Positions 36,631 to 49,018 of a DNA stretch of 64,000 nucleotides are shown one piece after another. Each line of letters opens with the position of its first letter. The stretch's first letter is position 1. The translations under genes were made by a program, and so were the position numbers. Under the pieces are notes generated by a model. It was not told where the DNA came from and made no database searches. It saw nothing but the letters and a program-made list of their open reading frames with translations. Where the stretch lies: positions 2,112,001-2,176,000 of the forward strand of contig CM000207.1 of NCBI GenBank assembly GCA_000002445.1, written 5' to 3'. Source of the DNA: Trypanosoma brucei (Eukaryota).

Positions 36631-37575
36631 TTACGCGGAATTCAACTCCTCCCGCAGCATTTCACGACCCACAGGAGTGTACAAACTCAAATCCACGAGG
36701 AAGCGTTGTGCTAACGATATATCCACATCATTTCCCGTAAAGCGTGCACTGACTTCCTTGCAATTGTCCGGGACGGAAAATACCGATGGATGCGGTTCCG
36801 CGGGGACAAAATTATAAAAGTCCAACGTGACAGTTGTGTCCTGCATGAGGCGCTCAAGTTTGTCTTCGTATGGCCCTTCAGGGACTGCCACTTCATCAAA
36901 GAAAAGACCTCCAAAATACCGCCAGTTCGGAAGCGTCATGGGGCTTCCCGTCAATTCCTTTAACGCAGTCTGCCGCCGTCGTATTTGTACCCGCCATGGC
37001 ACGGCATGAAATGTACCATTGCGAATAAAATAATCCACCTCCTGCAATGGGCCCACACCACTTCGGCTATACCCCGTGTAGCGCCAAACCTTCACACCAC
37101 GGACGAGACTTGACTCCGCGTGCCTAACAAACTCATCCGGAACTCCAAACCCCGTAAGGCCGCGGTTTAACGCAAACGAGCGACAAGAAATTCTCTCTTC
37201 ACCTCCCCTACCACTTTTCTTTTCGCTACTATTGTTATTATTGTTGTTATTATTATTGTTGTTATTGTTGTTGCCGCTGGCGGTGGTGGTGGTGATGGGC
37301 TCGATGCTTTCGAACACGAAACCGCGTCCCAGTTTACCATCTGCAACAAATGAGTACTGAAATCCCATAAAAAAGTTATCGACGCGCAACCTCTTGGATT
37401 CATTGGAGGCGTAAATGTTTCCACTCTGTGCTACGGGTGGGGAAGAAATGAAAGGAATTGTGGTACCGGTAGTGACGTAAAAGCTGGGAGGAAATGGCAA
37501 CAACACGGCTGCAACCGAATCCAAACACGCAGCCAGCAGAAACACATTTGCTACGAGCATAGCGGCTGGTATCAT
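36631..37575 (-). CDS. Hypothetical protein with an N-terminal signal/anchor sequence and a 15-residue poly-Asn tract.
   Basis: The start was taken at MIPAAMLVANVFLLAACLDS, which is a hydrophobic signal. The ORF extension beyond it is translated from a polypyrimidine tract. The poly-N is encoded by (AAT/AAC)n at about 37200-37290. The rest of the sequence is non-repetitive. Confidence 0.5.
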   Translation of the reverse strand: MIPAAMLVANVFLLAACLDSVAAVLLPFPPSFYVTTGTTIPFISSPPVAQSGNIYASNESKRLRVDNFFMGFQYSFVADGKLGRGFVFESIEPITTTTASGNNNNNNNNNNNNNNSSEKKSGRGGEERISCRSFALNRGLTGFGVPDEFVRHAESSLVRGVKVWRYTGYSRSGVGPLQEVDYFIRNGTFHAVPWRVQIRRRQTALKELTGSPMTLPNWRYFGGLFFDEVAVPEGPYEDKLERLMQDTTVTLDFYNFVPAEPHPSVFSVPDNCKEVSARFTGNDVDISLAQRFLVDLSLYTPVGREMLREELNSA

Positions 37576-39950
37576 GAGGTGATAACCTTTTATGTCTTTC
37601 ACTATATAAAACCTTGGGGTGTGGCAAAACCGAAGGGGGAGGGAGAAAAAAGAAAAAAAAACACACACAAATAACAGAAAATGAATCAAATAAAACGAGT
37701 TAAAAGACAGACAAAAGTCTCCATAAAATAAAAAGCGGCCTTGTGACCGTCACTTACCCCATGGAATTTAACAATAAATGCGTTATGCGAAGAGAATACG
37801 GAATAAAAATGTTGGCCGGGCGTGGCTGCGGGGAACCACACGTATAAATATGAACAGATCTATATATATATATATATATAGATAGATAGATAGATATAGA
37901 TATATAGATGCGTGTATGGAATGAAAATGGAAAAAAGCAAAAACTTGGCAACTGTTGTAAGACGTGTAATCGATGTATTGGCGAGTGGGTGGGGGCATAT
38001 GTGTGTGTGGGAGGGGAGGGCGATCCTGCCACTATATAAAAAAAAGAAACAAAAAAAAGGAAACAAAACAAAACAAAGTTGGAAAAGCAGGAAACAAATG
38101 GAAGGATAAATAAATTTATCAGCTTGTTTGTTTTGGGTTTGGTTTGTTAAACCTCATCATGCACTTCTACCAGCCATACACACATACACACACACACACA
38201 TACAAACACCGCCAACACACCTTGCAAGTCCTCTGTGCATATTTCATATATATATATATATATATTATCCAACACACAAATGCACAAACGACAAAGAGAG
38301 TGTAACCAAATTTGCAATGCGTAAAAAAAAAAAAAATTACTTCCCCTTGATTCCTTGCGTTTTTTATTCCTTCTTATTTCTTTTCCTATAATTCCGCTTT
38401 CTTTTGCATATCCCATTAGGTTTTTTTTTCTGTTTGTATTCCAATTACGCCACTACTCTTTCCTCCTTTACCTTCACCTTTCTGTTCGTTTCTTTTCTTT
38501 TCTTTTCTTTTTCTCTTTTTTCTCTTTCTCTTTATCTCTTTTCCTCTACCTCCTCCCGCAACCAGCCTTTGAAGAAATATTAAAACAACCAAACAAAATA
38601 CCTTAACAAGAAAAGTAAAAAAAAGAAACAAACAAAAAGGTGAAGGTACAAGCAAAGAAAAGAAAGAAGTGGAATTGGGAGTAATCATGATGATGATTAT
38701 GTGTTGTGAGCCATAAGCCATGAAGCCGAACGCCAACAACAAATACAAAAGTAAAAAGGGAAAATGAAAGTGAAAGAGTGAAGGTCAGAAATTGGAACAT
38801 CAGCAGTAACAAATAAAGAGAAAAGGAAACCACAAGGTTTCATATCACATGTAAAAAAAAAAAAAAGAAAAAAAACTAGTAGAATCAGAGAACAACAACA
38901 ACAAAAAAAGGAAAAGAAACTCCTTCACCATCGAAGGGAGAGGGAAAAAGAAAATGAAAAAAAAAAAGAGAAACAGAGAAAGAAATAAAGAAATAAAGGA
39001 GGAAATCCCTTCCCCTTCTCCTTCTCATCCTTCCCTTTCCCTTTCTTTTTCTTTTTCTTTTTCTCTCTCATTCATTCATCATCTTTTTCAAAACAAACAC
39101 AAAATGCAACCAAAGCAAATATATATATATATATTACACAATCACACCTATGCACAAATACAAACACCTGACATGTAATGCAACAGGCAATTTATGTTTT
39201 TTTTATTTATTTTTTTTGTTCTTCCTCTTCTCGCCTTCTTTCTTTTTTTTTTCTCTTCTCCCTTCGTATATATCACGTTCCGTTGTTCATCATTGATTCC
39301 CTCACCGCCAAATTACATAAAAACACAAAACCGAAACGCCCCGTTAGTCGCGTGGTTTCAAGGGATGGTTACAGTTGCTGCAGTAAATTCGAGTCACAAT
39401 GTAGAGGTGTTGGAACAAAGCGTAAAACAGAAAGAAAAAAAAACAAAGTCAAATGAACAAACAAATAAAAAAAAGAAGAAACGAACTTTAAAAAAAAAAA
39501 AATCACGCCCTCCATGTACAAACAAGGGGCCAAGAATCAAAGGAAGTGGTCACAACTACGACCACACATCTATCTTTATCCTTTCCCCCTCATTCTGTGC
39601 AGGATATGCACTGACAGGAGAAAAGAGGGAATATTTTTTTTAATAAAAAAAAAAAGAAAGAAGAGAGTGAAGAATGTGAAGGGGAAAGGGAAAGGGAAGA
39701 ACTAAAGGATGAAGATTTTTTTAAAAAAAAAAAAGGGCACCAACCAACTAACAGCGAGCGCCTTTGAACCTTCCTCCCACAATTTCCCACCGTTTTTTTT
39801 CTGTTCCCTTCCCATTTTTTTTATTTAAAAAAAAAACTCCCTACTTGTCTTTTATCGCGTATGGTTTGGTTGCGGTTGGTGTCAATAGTAGCGTCGACAA
39901 ATATAAATAAACAAATATATATATATACAAATATATATATATATATACTG

Positions 39951-41588
39951 CTACCGGTTCCTATGCTTACGTCGGTTCACCTTCTCACTACCGCCACTAA
40001 CGGCCCCTACTGTTGCCTGTAGTTGCCGAAGCAGTGAGACGCCGTTACCGCCGTCAGATTTAAAGTGCAGTGCTCCCGAAGGTTTCTGCGCTACTGTCCC
40101 CGAGGCGGGGCGCTTCCATTGCTGGCTTTGAAGGCCGATAAGCTGCCGTAATTCCTCAGATGCCGTTAGTTGAGGTTCCACAGCGGGGTGACGGGAGTCG
40201 GGTCCCTTCTGAAGGTCCGGATGCGTCGAGAAGAGTGGCACATCCTCCGGTAGTCCCAATACATCCAACATGCCGCCGCCGCCACGAACTGCCGTGCACC
40301 CCGCAGCTTTTGTTGCTTGTTGTGGCGACTTTGAGGATCTGACAACAGCAACCTTCTGGTATTTTTCCTTTTGTTTTTGTCCCATTACGGGGGTGCTCCA
40401 ACGGTTGGCATGCCCTCGCCGGCATTTGTCCTTGCGTGAGCAGGGACGCTTGCCATCATCGGGGTCGTGACTAAAGCGGCATGCATCCCTGGTGCAGCCT
40501 ACACTAATATTCTCGCAGCATAGTCGAGTTTCCCAAAAAAATGTCTCCGATGGTTTCATCGCTGCAGCGTCCGTATCCGGTTCCTCTCTTCTATCACTTG
40601 ACCTATGTTCACTGCGGTCCTTCTTCGCATTGTTTCCCTCACTCCTTTTCCTACTATTGCTCCTGTCATCGTTCCTGTTTCTGTTGTTGTTGTTGTTGTC
40701 GTCGTCGTCATTACCGTTACCGCTACCGTTACCGTTGGTGTTGGCGTTGGCATTATTGTAGGCAGCACCCTTCATGTGGTCGGTAACATCTGACAGTTTC
40801 GCTCCTTCGTTTAGTTGTTTTTCCTTAGCCTCTTCCTTTCTTTTAGCAATCGCGAGCAACCGCTCCTGAGCGGCGCGAATCAAAGGTTCATGGGAGTCTG
40901 TGCGAAGCACTTCCTTCAGTACTTCCATTGCCATCTCAAGGCCCCTGTCATTCGCTTGCCGCTCCGGATCATTGAAAGACTCCGGACAAAGTGCAATATC
41001 GGGATGAGAGCATTTATCGGGTGAGTCATCCACAATGATGGTGTTTACAGCGTTAAAACTCTTTGGGTACGAGTCAAATATCCTTTGCAAATTCTTCACC
41101 GTATGATAAGGTTTATCAGGAGTTGGCCGCGCGCCGCATGAATCACGATACAGTTGAAAAAGCAAACGGTCCTGATACCCGTTGAGCACCTTGTCAATAA
41201 TAGGAATGGAGGTGCGCTCCAACCCGCTTGTCCACACGGCCACAACAAAATTGTTCATGACAAACCGCACGAATTCCTCCACACCGGGGCGATCAGCAAA
41301 ACTTCCCCGACCGCGTGCCACAAGCACACCATTCAAGTCAAGCACCAGAAGGAAGGCCCGATGCACGCTGTCAAGACGTACAGTTACATCATATCCATGA
41401 CGGGTGGCTATCACTGCGGTATCATTTACTTCATCAAGTGAAACAACGACGCCAATTTCCGAGCGCCCGTTCGACAGTTGCACGCGGACGTACTGGTCAA
41501 CTTCAAAACGCTTCGTGCGTATGGCACATGGGGCAAAATGCTCCATTGATAGACAAAATGGTGCAACGTTGTGAGATTCAATAAACAA
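39951..41588 (-). CDS. FCP1/SCP-type (NIF) phosphatase domain protein fused to C-terminal CCCH-type zinc fingers. Its catalytic motif reads DLNGV instead of DxDx(T/V).
   Basis: The NIF domain LVLDLNGVLV...RPGVEEFVRFVMNNFVVAVWTSGLERTSIPIIDKV...LYRDSC...IIVDDSP aligns by eye with SCP1 (VVIDLDETLV...RPHVDEFL...LFTAS...LFRESC...ILDNSP). The C-terminus contains CENISVGCTRDACRFSH and CSRKDKCRRGH, which are CCCH-like. A low-complexity N/D/G tract is encoded by the GTT/GTC repeats at 40680-40750. The start may be M1 or M15 (MEHFAPC). Confidence 0.7.
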   Translation of the reverse strand: MFIESHNVAPFCLSMEHFAPCAIRTKRFEVDQYVRVQLSNGRSEIGVVVSLDEVNDTAVIATRHGYDVTVRLDSVHRAFLLVLDLNGVLVARGRGSFADRPGVEEFVRFVMNNFVVAVWTSGLERTSIPIIDKVLNGYQDRLLFQLYRDSCGARPTPDKPYHTVKNLQRIFDSYPKSFNAVNTIIVDDSPDKCSHPDIALCPESFNDPERQANDRGLEMAMEVLKEVLRTDSHEPLIRAAQERLLAIAKRKEEAKEKQLNEGAKLSDVTDHMKGAAYNNANANTNGNGSGNGNDDDDNNNNNRNRNDDRSNSRKRSEGNNAKKDRSEHRSSDRREEPDTDAAAMKPSETFFWETRLCCENISVGCTRDACRFSHDPDDGKRPCSRKDKCRRGHANRWSTPVMGQKQKEKYQKVAVVRSSKSPQQATKAAGCTAVRGGGGMLDVLGLPEDVPLFSTHPDLQKGPDSRHPAVEPQLTASEELRQLIGLQSQQWKRPASGTVAQKPSGALHFKSDGGNGVSLLRQLQATVGAVSGGSEKVNRRKHRNR

Positions 41589-43107
41589 CCCGGAACCTTT
41601 CTTTTCTTTTTTTTTATTTTGTTGTTGTTGATGTTGTTGATGTTAAAACAAATCTTTATATTTATTTATATGTTTATATACTTTATCGGTTCGTGTCCCC
41701 CGCCCCCTCGTTACGGGATCTCCTGTGAACACGCACACGTAATCAAACAAACTTCAAGACAAAACAGAGGGAGGAATTGGAGGATGGAATGACAGTTGTT
41801 TATTGTTCCTGTTCCTCCCTTTGTTTTGCGGTATCGTCACAACACCTCTTTCCCTTTTTATGCTTGTACACAAATATATAAATATAAATAAATATATGTG
41901 TCGGTGTTTATTTGTATGTGCAGTACTTTTCCTGCTTTCTGTAGGGAGTGCTTTTTGTGTTTGTTTTCGGGTGGGGGTTTTGTGTCACTGGTGCGGAAGA
42001 AAAAAAAAAAAGAACGATAGTGTGATTGTATGCGTCTGCTTGAAAGTGATTGGAAAATATATAAATTAACCGTTCCACTAGCCAATCACACTTTGAAGCT
42101 AATCTTTTTTTTTTTAAATCGAAAGAAAGGAATAGAAAGCAAAGAAAGAAAATAAATAAATAAAAGTGGGGAGAATTTTTCTTCCACGAAAAAAAAAAAA
42201 GAAACAATTGTATAAACAAACAAACAAACTTCATCCTTCAAAGAAAATTTTAGTAGTAGTAAAGTGTGTAAAAGAAAATTGACCAAAAAGGTTTATTTAT
42301 TTTTCACTTTCTCCCGCTTCCTTCCCCCCCCCCCCCACCCTCCTCTCTCCTTTTCCTGTGTTCCTTTTTTTTTTCTTTTCCTCCCTCTTTTCTCCCTGTA
42401 GTGGGAGGAATTAAGAGGAGGAAAAAAAAACAGAGTGAAATTGCACAAAATTTTCGGTGGTAGCAGGTGGGAAGGAAGAAACACAAAATTAAACAGTGAA
42501 AAGTGGAATAAAAGAGGAAAGGAGCACACACACACACACACACACACATATATAGAGAGAGAGAGAGGGAGACAAAATATTATACAGCACAAAAATTAAC
42601 ACCATAATGCTACAGTTTCATCATTATTATGAAAGGCGGTTAGTAACTTGAGTGACATATGCTCATGTTAAATACTTTTTTTTTCATTTTCTCATTACTC
42701 CCCATCTGTTATTATTATTATTATTATTATCATAATTGTCATCACTAATGTTAGCTGCATCTCCCCACGCCCCCCTCCTTTTCCCTTCTCAAGTTATAAC
42801 AATGACAATAATAACACTATGACGCGCAGTGAGAAAATGAGAAGGGAAATACATTAGGCATCGCCGCCTCCTCCACATAAAAGAAAAAAAATCATAAATT
42901 TACACAAGCACAGACATATGGGAACAGAAGAGGCCAACAACAACAAAAAGGGGGGGCATGATAACAATAATATGATAAGGGTAACGAGAATGAAAATTAC
43001 ACGTAGATGTGAATATGCGTGCGCACGCGAGAAAATAATGACAACAATAATAATAGTAATAGTGGTAATAAAGCAAGTAAAGAAGGAAAGACAACATATG
43101 TGGACAC

Positions 43108-44670
43108 TTAACTTGGTTCAACGTATGACCGCCACAGCAACAACACCGCCCACAACCCAACAAGCCCCATAACCGATATATTAAACCACATCGGATACAC
43201 CTGCATCCATGTCACCTCATCAGCCGCCCGAAGTATATCTGCGCCACCGCCCCACGTCTCATTAACATGTGATCGCAACAATTCTCGAATACCATCACGT
43301 AACGTCATGAAAGAGGCCTTTCGCTGCCTTTTACTGTTCGTATTATTCCCTTTTTCTTTTGTTCCGTTAGAAAGGTTCCCACCCTTCGTTAACCGTTCCC
43401 GCTGCTTATCATTCCTCTCTTCCTCCTCTTCCTCCCTCTTCATGTCATCCAACGCATCCTTAGTCACGACACGCATATTAATTACGTCGAGTCTTATGAG
43501 TTGTATAAACAAAGAAACTAACATCGACTCGATATCCTTTTGGGATCCAATTGTAATTTCGACACTCTCAAGTGGATCACAAAAGCGTCTCCCCGGGAGT
43601 TCAGAAGCAAAGACCTTGACAGTGGGAGCAATGTGGATCACCTCCAGTCGGCATGGCACACCATAAAATCGAATGCGTGGAACAAGTAATTGAGATCGCG
43701 GCGCCTTTGCACGGAAAAGCATCAGCACCGGACTACAGCTCACAACAGACATGTGACCATGCTCGCATAAACGGCGGTACAGGAAAGGAAGAAGATCGAA
43801 CATGATATTATAATCCCTACAACGTTTACAGTTATCCGAGTAGTAATACACCAATGCAGGAGGTGTCACCAGAGGGGGAGGTAAGTACGGATATGAGCGG
43901 CGTCTGAAGAATTCTCTGGGCAGCCCAATGTTAGATTTACCGGACTGATTATGCGTCCCCGTCGAGTTTGAAGAGGAAAACAATACCGGTGGTTCTATGT
44001 GTGGTCCAATGAGTCTCTCCAAATCCACCCATGGAATATACGGAGGTCCGACATGACGGTCACGAGCGACAGCCGCTTGTGCTTCCAGCCACCACTCCCT
44101 CACTGCCTGCACATAATGGGCAATTTGTTCCGGCTCACTGTCCTGTTCCTCAAGATTAATGGCGCGCACAATATGTCGCCCCCTCACATTCCATGCGTAG
44201 TATTCAGTGGCCTGTGCAATAATCCCCGGTTTAACCATTAGCCACGGCATATTCTGATACGTTTCCTTCACCCTCTTGGCATACACAGTCCTCACATCTT
44301 CCGTGTCATTTGCAATACCTTCCAAGTTGTTGGTTAATCTTAAAACCTCATCCATTACGAAGTTGTGTGCCTCAGGAAACATACCCACCGTGCGGTTGGC
44401 GCGAATCCATTGCTCCATCTCCAAACGAAGTGACTGTTCATCAAATGACGACCACGGCTTTTGGCAGAGGGCACTGCAAAAAAGGGAAGAAGGCAACATG
44501 CGACGCGCCAATCGGTAATGGAAATGATGCACCAGGGGAAGACTGGGACATTGAGATGTCAAAGTGCTTCTTTTCTCTGGTATGCAGTCCGCAACAACCG
44601 CGCGGGTGACGACAAGAGAAAAAAATGATAAGGTAACTAAAATTATCCAAGTTTTCATATTGCATTGCAT
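43108..44670 (-). CDS. Hypothetical type-I membrane/secretory protein with a signal peptide and a C-terminal transmembrane segment.
   Basis: The start was set at MQCNMKTWIILVTLSFFSLVVTRAVVADC, a classic signal peptide. The ORF extension upstream is a lysine-rich poly-A artefact. The C-terminal hydrophobic segment is ISVMGLVGLWAVLLLW. There are multiple N-x-S/T sites and Cys pairs. Confidence 0.55.
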   Translation of the reverse strand: MQCNMKTWIILVTLSFFSLVVTRAVVADCIPEKRSTLTSQCPSLPLVHHFHYRLARRMLPSSLFCSALCQKPWSSFDEQSLRLEMEQWIRANRTVGMFPEAHNFVMDEVLRLTNNLEGIANDTEDVRTVYAKRVKETYQNMPWLMVKPGIIAQATEYYAWNVRGRHIVRAINLEEQDSEPEQIAHYVQAVREWWLEAQAAVARDRHVGPPYIPWVDLERLIGPHIEPPVLFSSSNSTGTHNQSGKSNIGLPREFFRRRSYPYLPPPLVTPPALVYYYSDNCKRCRDYNIMFDLLPFLYRRLCEHGHMSVVSCSPVLMLFRAKAPRSQLLVPRIRFYGVPCRLEVIHIAPTVKVFASELPGRRFCDPLESVEITIGSQKDIESMLVSLFIQLIRLDVINMRVVTKDALDDMKREEEEEERNDKQRERLTKGGNLSNGTKEKGNNTNSKRQRKASFMTLRDGIRELLRSHVNETWGGGADILRAADEVTWMQVYPMWFNISVMGLVGLWAVLLLWRSYVEPS

Positions 44671-45622
44671 TTTTGCGTATTTACTCCTGCTATTTCTTAC
44701 TTTCCCTCCCCCCTCCTCCTCCTCCTCCTCCCTTTTATTCTTCCTTGTATAATTGATGGTGTCGCCCCTTTCTTTTTTTTTTATTTTCTTTTTTACTTTT
44801 TTCACCTTCCTACTTCTTTCCCCTTCTACTACGCCGCTACACGGGCCACCAAACACCTAAGGCAGGAAGAGGTTAATGTTCAAGGGAATGAAAATTCAAA
44901 CGCAAAAGGAAGATAATAAGAAGAGAGAAAAATACAACAAGTGTAAATGTGCGAAAACAGAAAAAACGGTCATATGGAAGAATATATATATATATACGTG
45001 CATATATATAATATTTTTGTATGCGCCCTATGTAGTGACAGGCACTCTGCGTCACTGTTGCTGCGAAACACAGTGGCGGAAGAAGAAAATGCAACACATA
45101 AACATAAGAGGCGGGAACAGTAATGTATGAGTCGCTAAACAAAAAAAAAATAATAATAATAATGAAATGGTAGCGAGAAGAGGCAGCGAAGTGAGGTCCC
45201 CGGGTCAACTCTCCCGCTTATTCCTTTTCTTCATCATCTTGCCAAATTATAAATGAACACATAAAAATGTTCCCACCCCTTCACTATGTAGTAGCTAATG
45301 CAGTTTCCCCTTTCCTTGTAATTTTTTTCTTTGGTTTTACTTTTTCCCCTCCCCGCTTGTCTGCCTTCCACATGCAACGGGACACCATAACAGATCAAAA
45401 ATTAAGGAAAAAAAAATGCCGCAACACCTGAGGAACGTGGCGGCCCAACGCTAACGTCACCAACTAACCACATCAACAATAAGTTCACACATTTCACATC
45501 CCCATGATTTACAGACGGCAAAAATACAAAACAAGGTAACCTGAAAAATTAGTGAACAAAACAAAAGGAGTTAAGTGCACAACAATCAAACAAAGTCACA
45601 GAGTGCAGGTGTAAGAAAACAC

Positions 45623-46258
45623 CTACTGCAACCCTGAAGTGCGATATAGTGCCAACATGATCATTCCACATGGCCTATCGCACAACGCTGACATAAGTGA
45701 CTCGGCCCCAGCTTCTGAACGAACATTTTTCCCACGGAAAACCAAACACCACGTCCGATCACCGATTAAACCCACTTTTGCCATAACTTGGCTGGTGAGC
45801 GCAAGCGCAACATCTGCCTGGTGACTTGTATGATCCCCCATGTCTTCCATGGCCCTGTAATGAGTCCTACGTGGCGGTACGGTAAATGTGAAAAGATAAC
45901 TCCTCCCGGTGTCCCCACAAGTGACGTTAACCTCCACCTGCTGCAAAACACCGGAACCACCCGTAATGCTATCGTCTGCAACGTCACTAAACATCTGCTG
46001 CCTGCAAGTGAGTCGCTTCTTCGTCTCCTCATGTGCATCGGCCAATGCGTGAACGGCGTTGCACCATAAGTTGAACCGACGAGACGCGCCCTCCGTTCCT
46101 CCCAAAGAACTCCGCACAACACAATCACCTGGAGGCACCACGCCACAGGAACTAGGAAAGACGCTCAGCTGCATCACTTCACATTCTGATGTGAGTGAAT
46201 CATCACGCCGGCGCTTCGCTCTGCCATGGAAGGTGGGGATTTGACTTCCAGTTGCCAT
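45623..46258 (-). CDS. Hypothetical protein (211 aa).
   Basis: Minus-strand ORF of complex composition with correct orientation and spacing. No motif recognised. Overlapping ORFs in other frames are shorter. Confidence 0.4.
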   Translation of the reverse strand: MATGSQIPTFHGRAKRRRDDSLTSECEVMQLSVFPSSCGVVPPGDCVVRSSLGGTEGASRRFNLWCNAVHALADAHEETKKRLTCRQQMFSDVADDSITGGSGVLQQVEVNVTCGDTGRSYLFTFTVPPRRTHYRAMEDMGDHTSHQADVALALTSQVMAKVGLIGDRTWCLVFRGKNVRSEAGAESLMSALCDRPCGMIMLALYRTSGLQ

Positions 46259-47777
46259 GAAAAATAATTACCACAACTGCAACTTCACCCTCTCCCCTCT
46301 TCTTTTCCCCTCTGACTTTTTCTTCTTACTTATTTTTACTTCCTTTTTTTTTTTGTTAATTATTAATATTTTCTTTTTCTTCTGCCTTCTTCCCTCGTCT
46401 AACTGTCGCGCCTTCCACAACTACTGCTGCCGCTGTAACCAACAGCAATCTAGCAGATGGATGGCTGTGAATGGGAATGGGAAGAAAGGAGAAACGGTGG
46501 CTTTACCGGCTATGTAACAGAAATTTTTCTTTAAAAAAAAAAAACAATGCACAAAAATGTTATGAGTATCCGTAACTATGGACCCAGTGCATAAATGCAC
46601 CAGTTACGTTGAGGATGGCGAGTTACCCCACTTTTCTTTTGCTTTTTTTTTTTTGATGATCAAATGATTGAACGATTGTTCACCGTCGATCCCCCCTCGC
46701 AATTGAAGAGCGACACCAAAAGGAGTGTAACCTCCCTCTAATGTGTAATAAACCTAAAGTTAAAAAAAAATTTTAAAAAAAGACAAAGGACAGCAAGAGA
46801 ATAATTATTTAAAGGTGTATAATGGAAAGGGAGGAAACGGCATGATTAAAGAGGAAAAAAAAACGGCAGCAGTACCCAATAATATAAATTGATTTATTGA
46901 TATATAAACGCCTTCAGTCTTGACGTCCAAGGCGGTAATAAATAAAGATAAGAGAACGAAAAGGAAATAAAAAGGAGTGGAAGGAAAGGCGTCGTCACGC
47001 CCACAGATATGTATGTTATTGCATATGGGCATCAGAAAACACACACGCACACACACACAAACAAACAAACAAATAGACTACTACAAATGCCATCAAAGTG
47101 GTGGCATTGTAAAGCGAGACAAAATCAATAAAAGAAATATGTCTAAACAAAACAAAGTAAAAATAAATAAGATGTGGATGAGAAACCCTCCTACAGCAAG
47201 AGGAAAGAGGTGAATGAAAAGAAGCATATGCATACGCTGCTAAAAAATTGCAACATATTCAAACCTTCATTCCACATCCTCCTAAACACTTGGTCGCCAA
47301 CACCCTAACGTGATAATATTTCCCCTCTCCCCCTTTAGATCTACTCTTTCCTCATCTTCATTCCATTTCTTTTTTCTTTTCCTTCTCTCTTCTTCTTTTA
47401 AAGCTCCCCCATTATCAAGCACTTTCCTTTTCCTTTGTTGTTATCCTACTCCACTAGAATTGAACAAATAACGGTTTTACATACGAGACGAGGTACATAT
47501 ATATATATATATATACGCCAACGATGGCGGTTCTCATAGCGATAGCCATAATGGCCTGTTAGCGTTAATCATGATAATTGACGTGGCTAAGATTACCATC
47601 AAAACCAGGGATACATACGCACGTAATTTTGTTCCTTTTTTGCTTTTACCTTCCCCCTTTGCTCCCATAATACCAGCACCCCTGCATCATTCCTGTAAGT
47701 GCGGATGAAAAGGCGGAGGAAAAAAGGAAATAAAAAAAAAATTAAACATTTAGCGTGAGAACAGTAGGATTAAGATT

Positions 47778-47800
47778 CATCATCATCATCATCATCATCA
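47778..47800. repeat. (CAT)7 trinucleotide repeat in an intergenic region.
   Basis: catcatcatcatcatcatcatca. Confidence 0.9.
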
Positions 47801-48124
47801 CACGCTAACAAATTCCAAACTCTCACCATCACTCTTGCTTTCCCCCCCCCCTTTCTTCCTCCCTTTACACCTTCATCACTCTTTCACTACTACAACTTCC
47901 ATGTATGTTCATCCTATCTTTTTTTCCGGTACCCCCTTCTATTAAATGCCAATAAAGATACATATGCACCAACATGGCCACGCAAACATGCGCGTACACT
48001 TAACCATTACGAAAAGGAAAAGGAAGAAAATGGAGAAATATCTTGCTCACACAGACACACACACACAAAAAAAAAAAAGAAAAAAAATCATGCACGCATA
48101 TCCTGAAGAACTGCATCGCTTTCC

Positions 48125-49018
48125 CTATAGTTTTCCCAAATATATCGTCTTATCATCCACCCAGCGGTACGGCGGTACCTCCAAGTTAAGAGGGGCGGGA
48201 CCTTGACGAATACGACCTGAAGCGTCGTAATGACTGCCGTGACACGGACAGAAGAAGCCACCAAAGAGACCCTCGTTAGGAATGGGAATGCACCCGAGAT
48301 GAGTGCAAATAGCGATGACAACAGCCATTTCACGATGGTCAGGGAAGCGGGCCTCGTCCGTTTCGGGATGCTTCAGTGCACTGAGTGGAGTCCCCAGCAC
48401 ATCATTCATTTGGCGCTCTGAGCGGCGATAAACAAACACGGGTTTGCCCCGCCATACTACAGTCTTGCATTCACGGTCCTCTAGCTCACCCACCTCAGCC
48501 TCAATGTTCATTTGACCAACCATGGACATGGCCGGCTGTCCAACGTACCACAGCGGCAACACGGCATACCGCACCATAAGAATAACAAATCCCAACAATG
48601 CAGAATTCAGCGCATAGTCTGTGACGCGCGCACGGTCCTCTAATTCATTAGGCAACTTCGGTTTCAATATGTACTTGCGGAAAAACTCCTCGTCCCACAT
48701 GGAAGCGTCGTAATCCTTGAGAGCGACGCCGGCTGTGGCCTCAATGCGTCCCTCACGAGATCCCTCCGGATATGTGTTGAGAACAACCTCAGAAGAGGTA
48801 TCCACTGAACACAACGTTGGGTCGGAGTATTTGGCGTATCGGCCGTACTTGTCTGCCATCTCCTTCGATACGGGTGGTTTTAGAAATTCGTCGGACCATG
48901 AATTCACGGGTCTGTCCTTTACAGTTAATGGGTTGGAACCTTCAAGTTGCTTAAAGACCAGCGATACGCGAAGGAATGCCGTGGGTTGGAAAGCTGATAT
49001 GCAGGACCTGCGGAACAT
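48125..49018 (-). CDS. RISP: Ubiquinol-cytochrome c reductase Rieske iron-sulfur protein, mitochondrial precursor.
   Basis: Rieske 2Fe-2S boxes CTHLGCIP and CPCHGSHYD are present. The N-terminus MFRRSCISAFQ is a typical trypanosome mitochondrial presequence. Confidence 0.9.
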   Translation of the reverse strand: MFRRSCISAFQPTAFLRVSLVFKQLEGSNPLTVKDRPVNSWSDEFLKPPVSKEMADKYGRYAKYSDPTLCSVDTSSEVVLNTYPEGSREGRIEATAGVALKDYDASMWDEEFFRKYILKPKLPNELEDRARVTDYALNSALLGFVILMVRYAVLPLWYVGQPAMSMVGQMNIEAEVGELEDRECKTVVWRGKPVFVYRRSERQMNDVLGTPLSALKHPETDEARFPDHREMAVVIAICTHLGCIPIPNEGLFGGFFCPCHGSHYDASGRIRQGPAPLNLEVPPYRWVDDKTIYLGKL

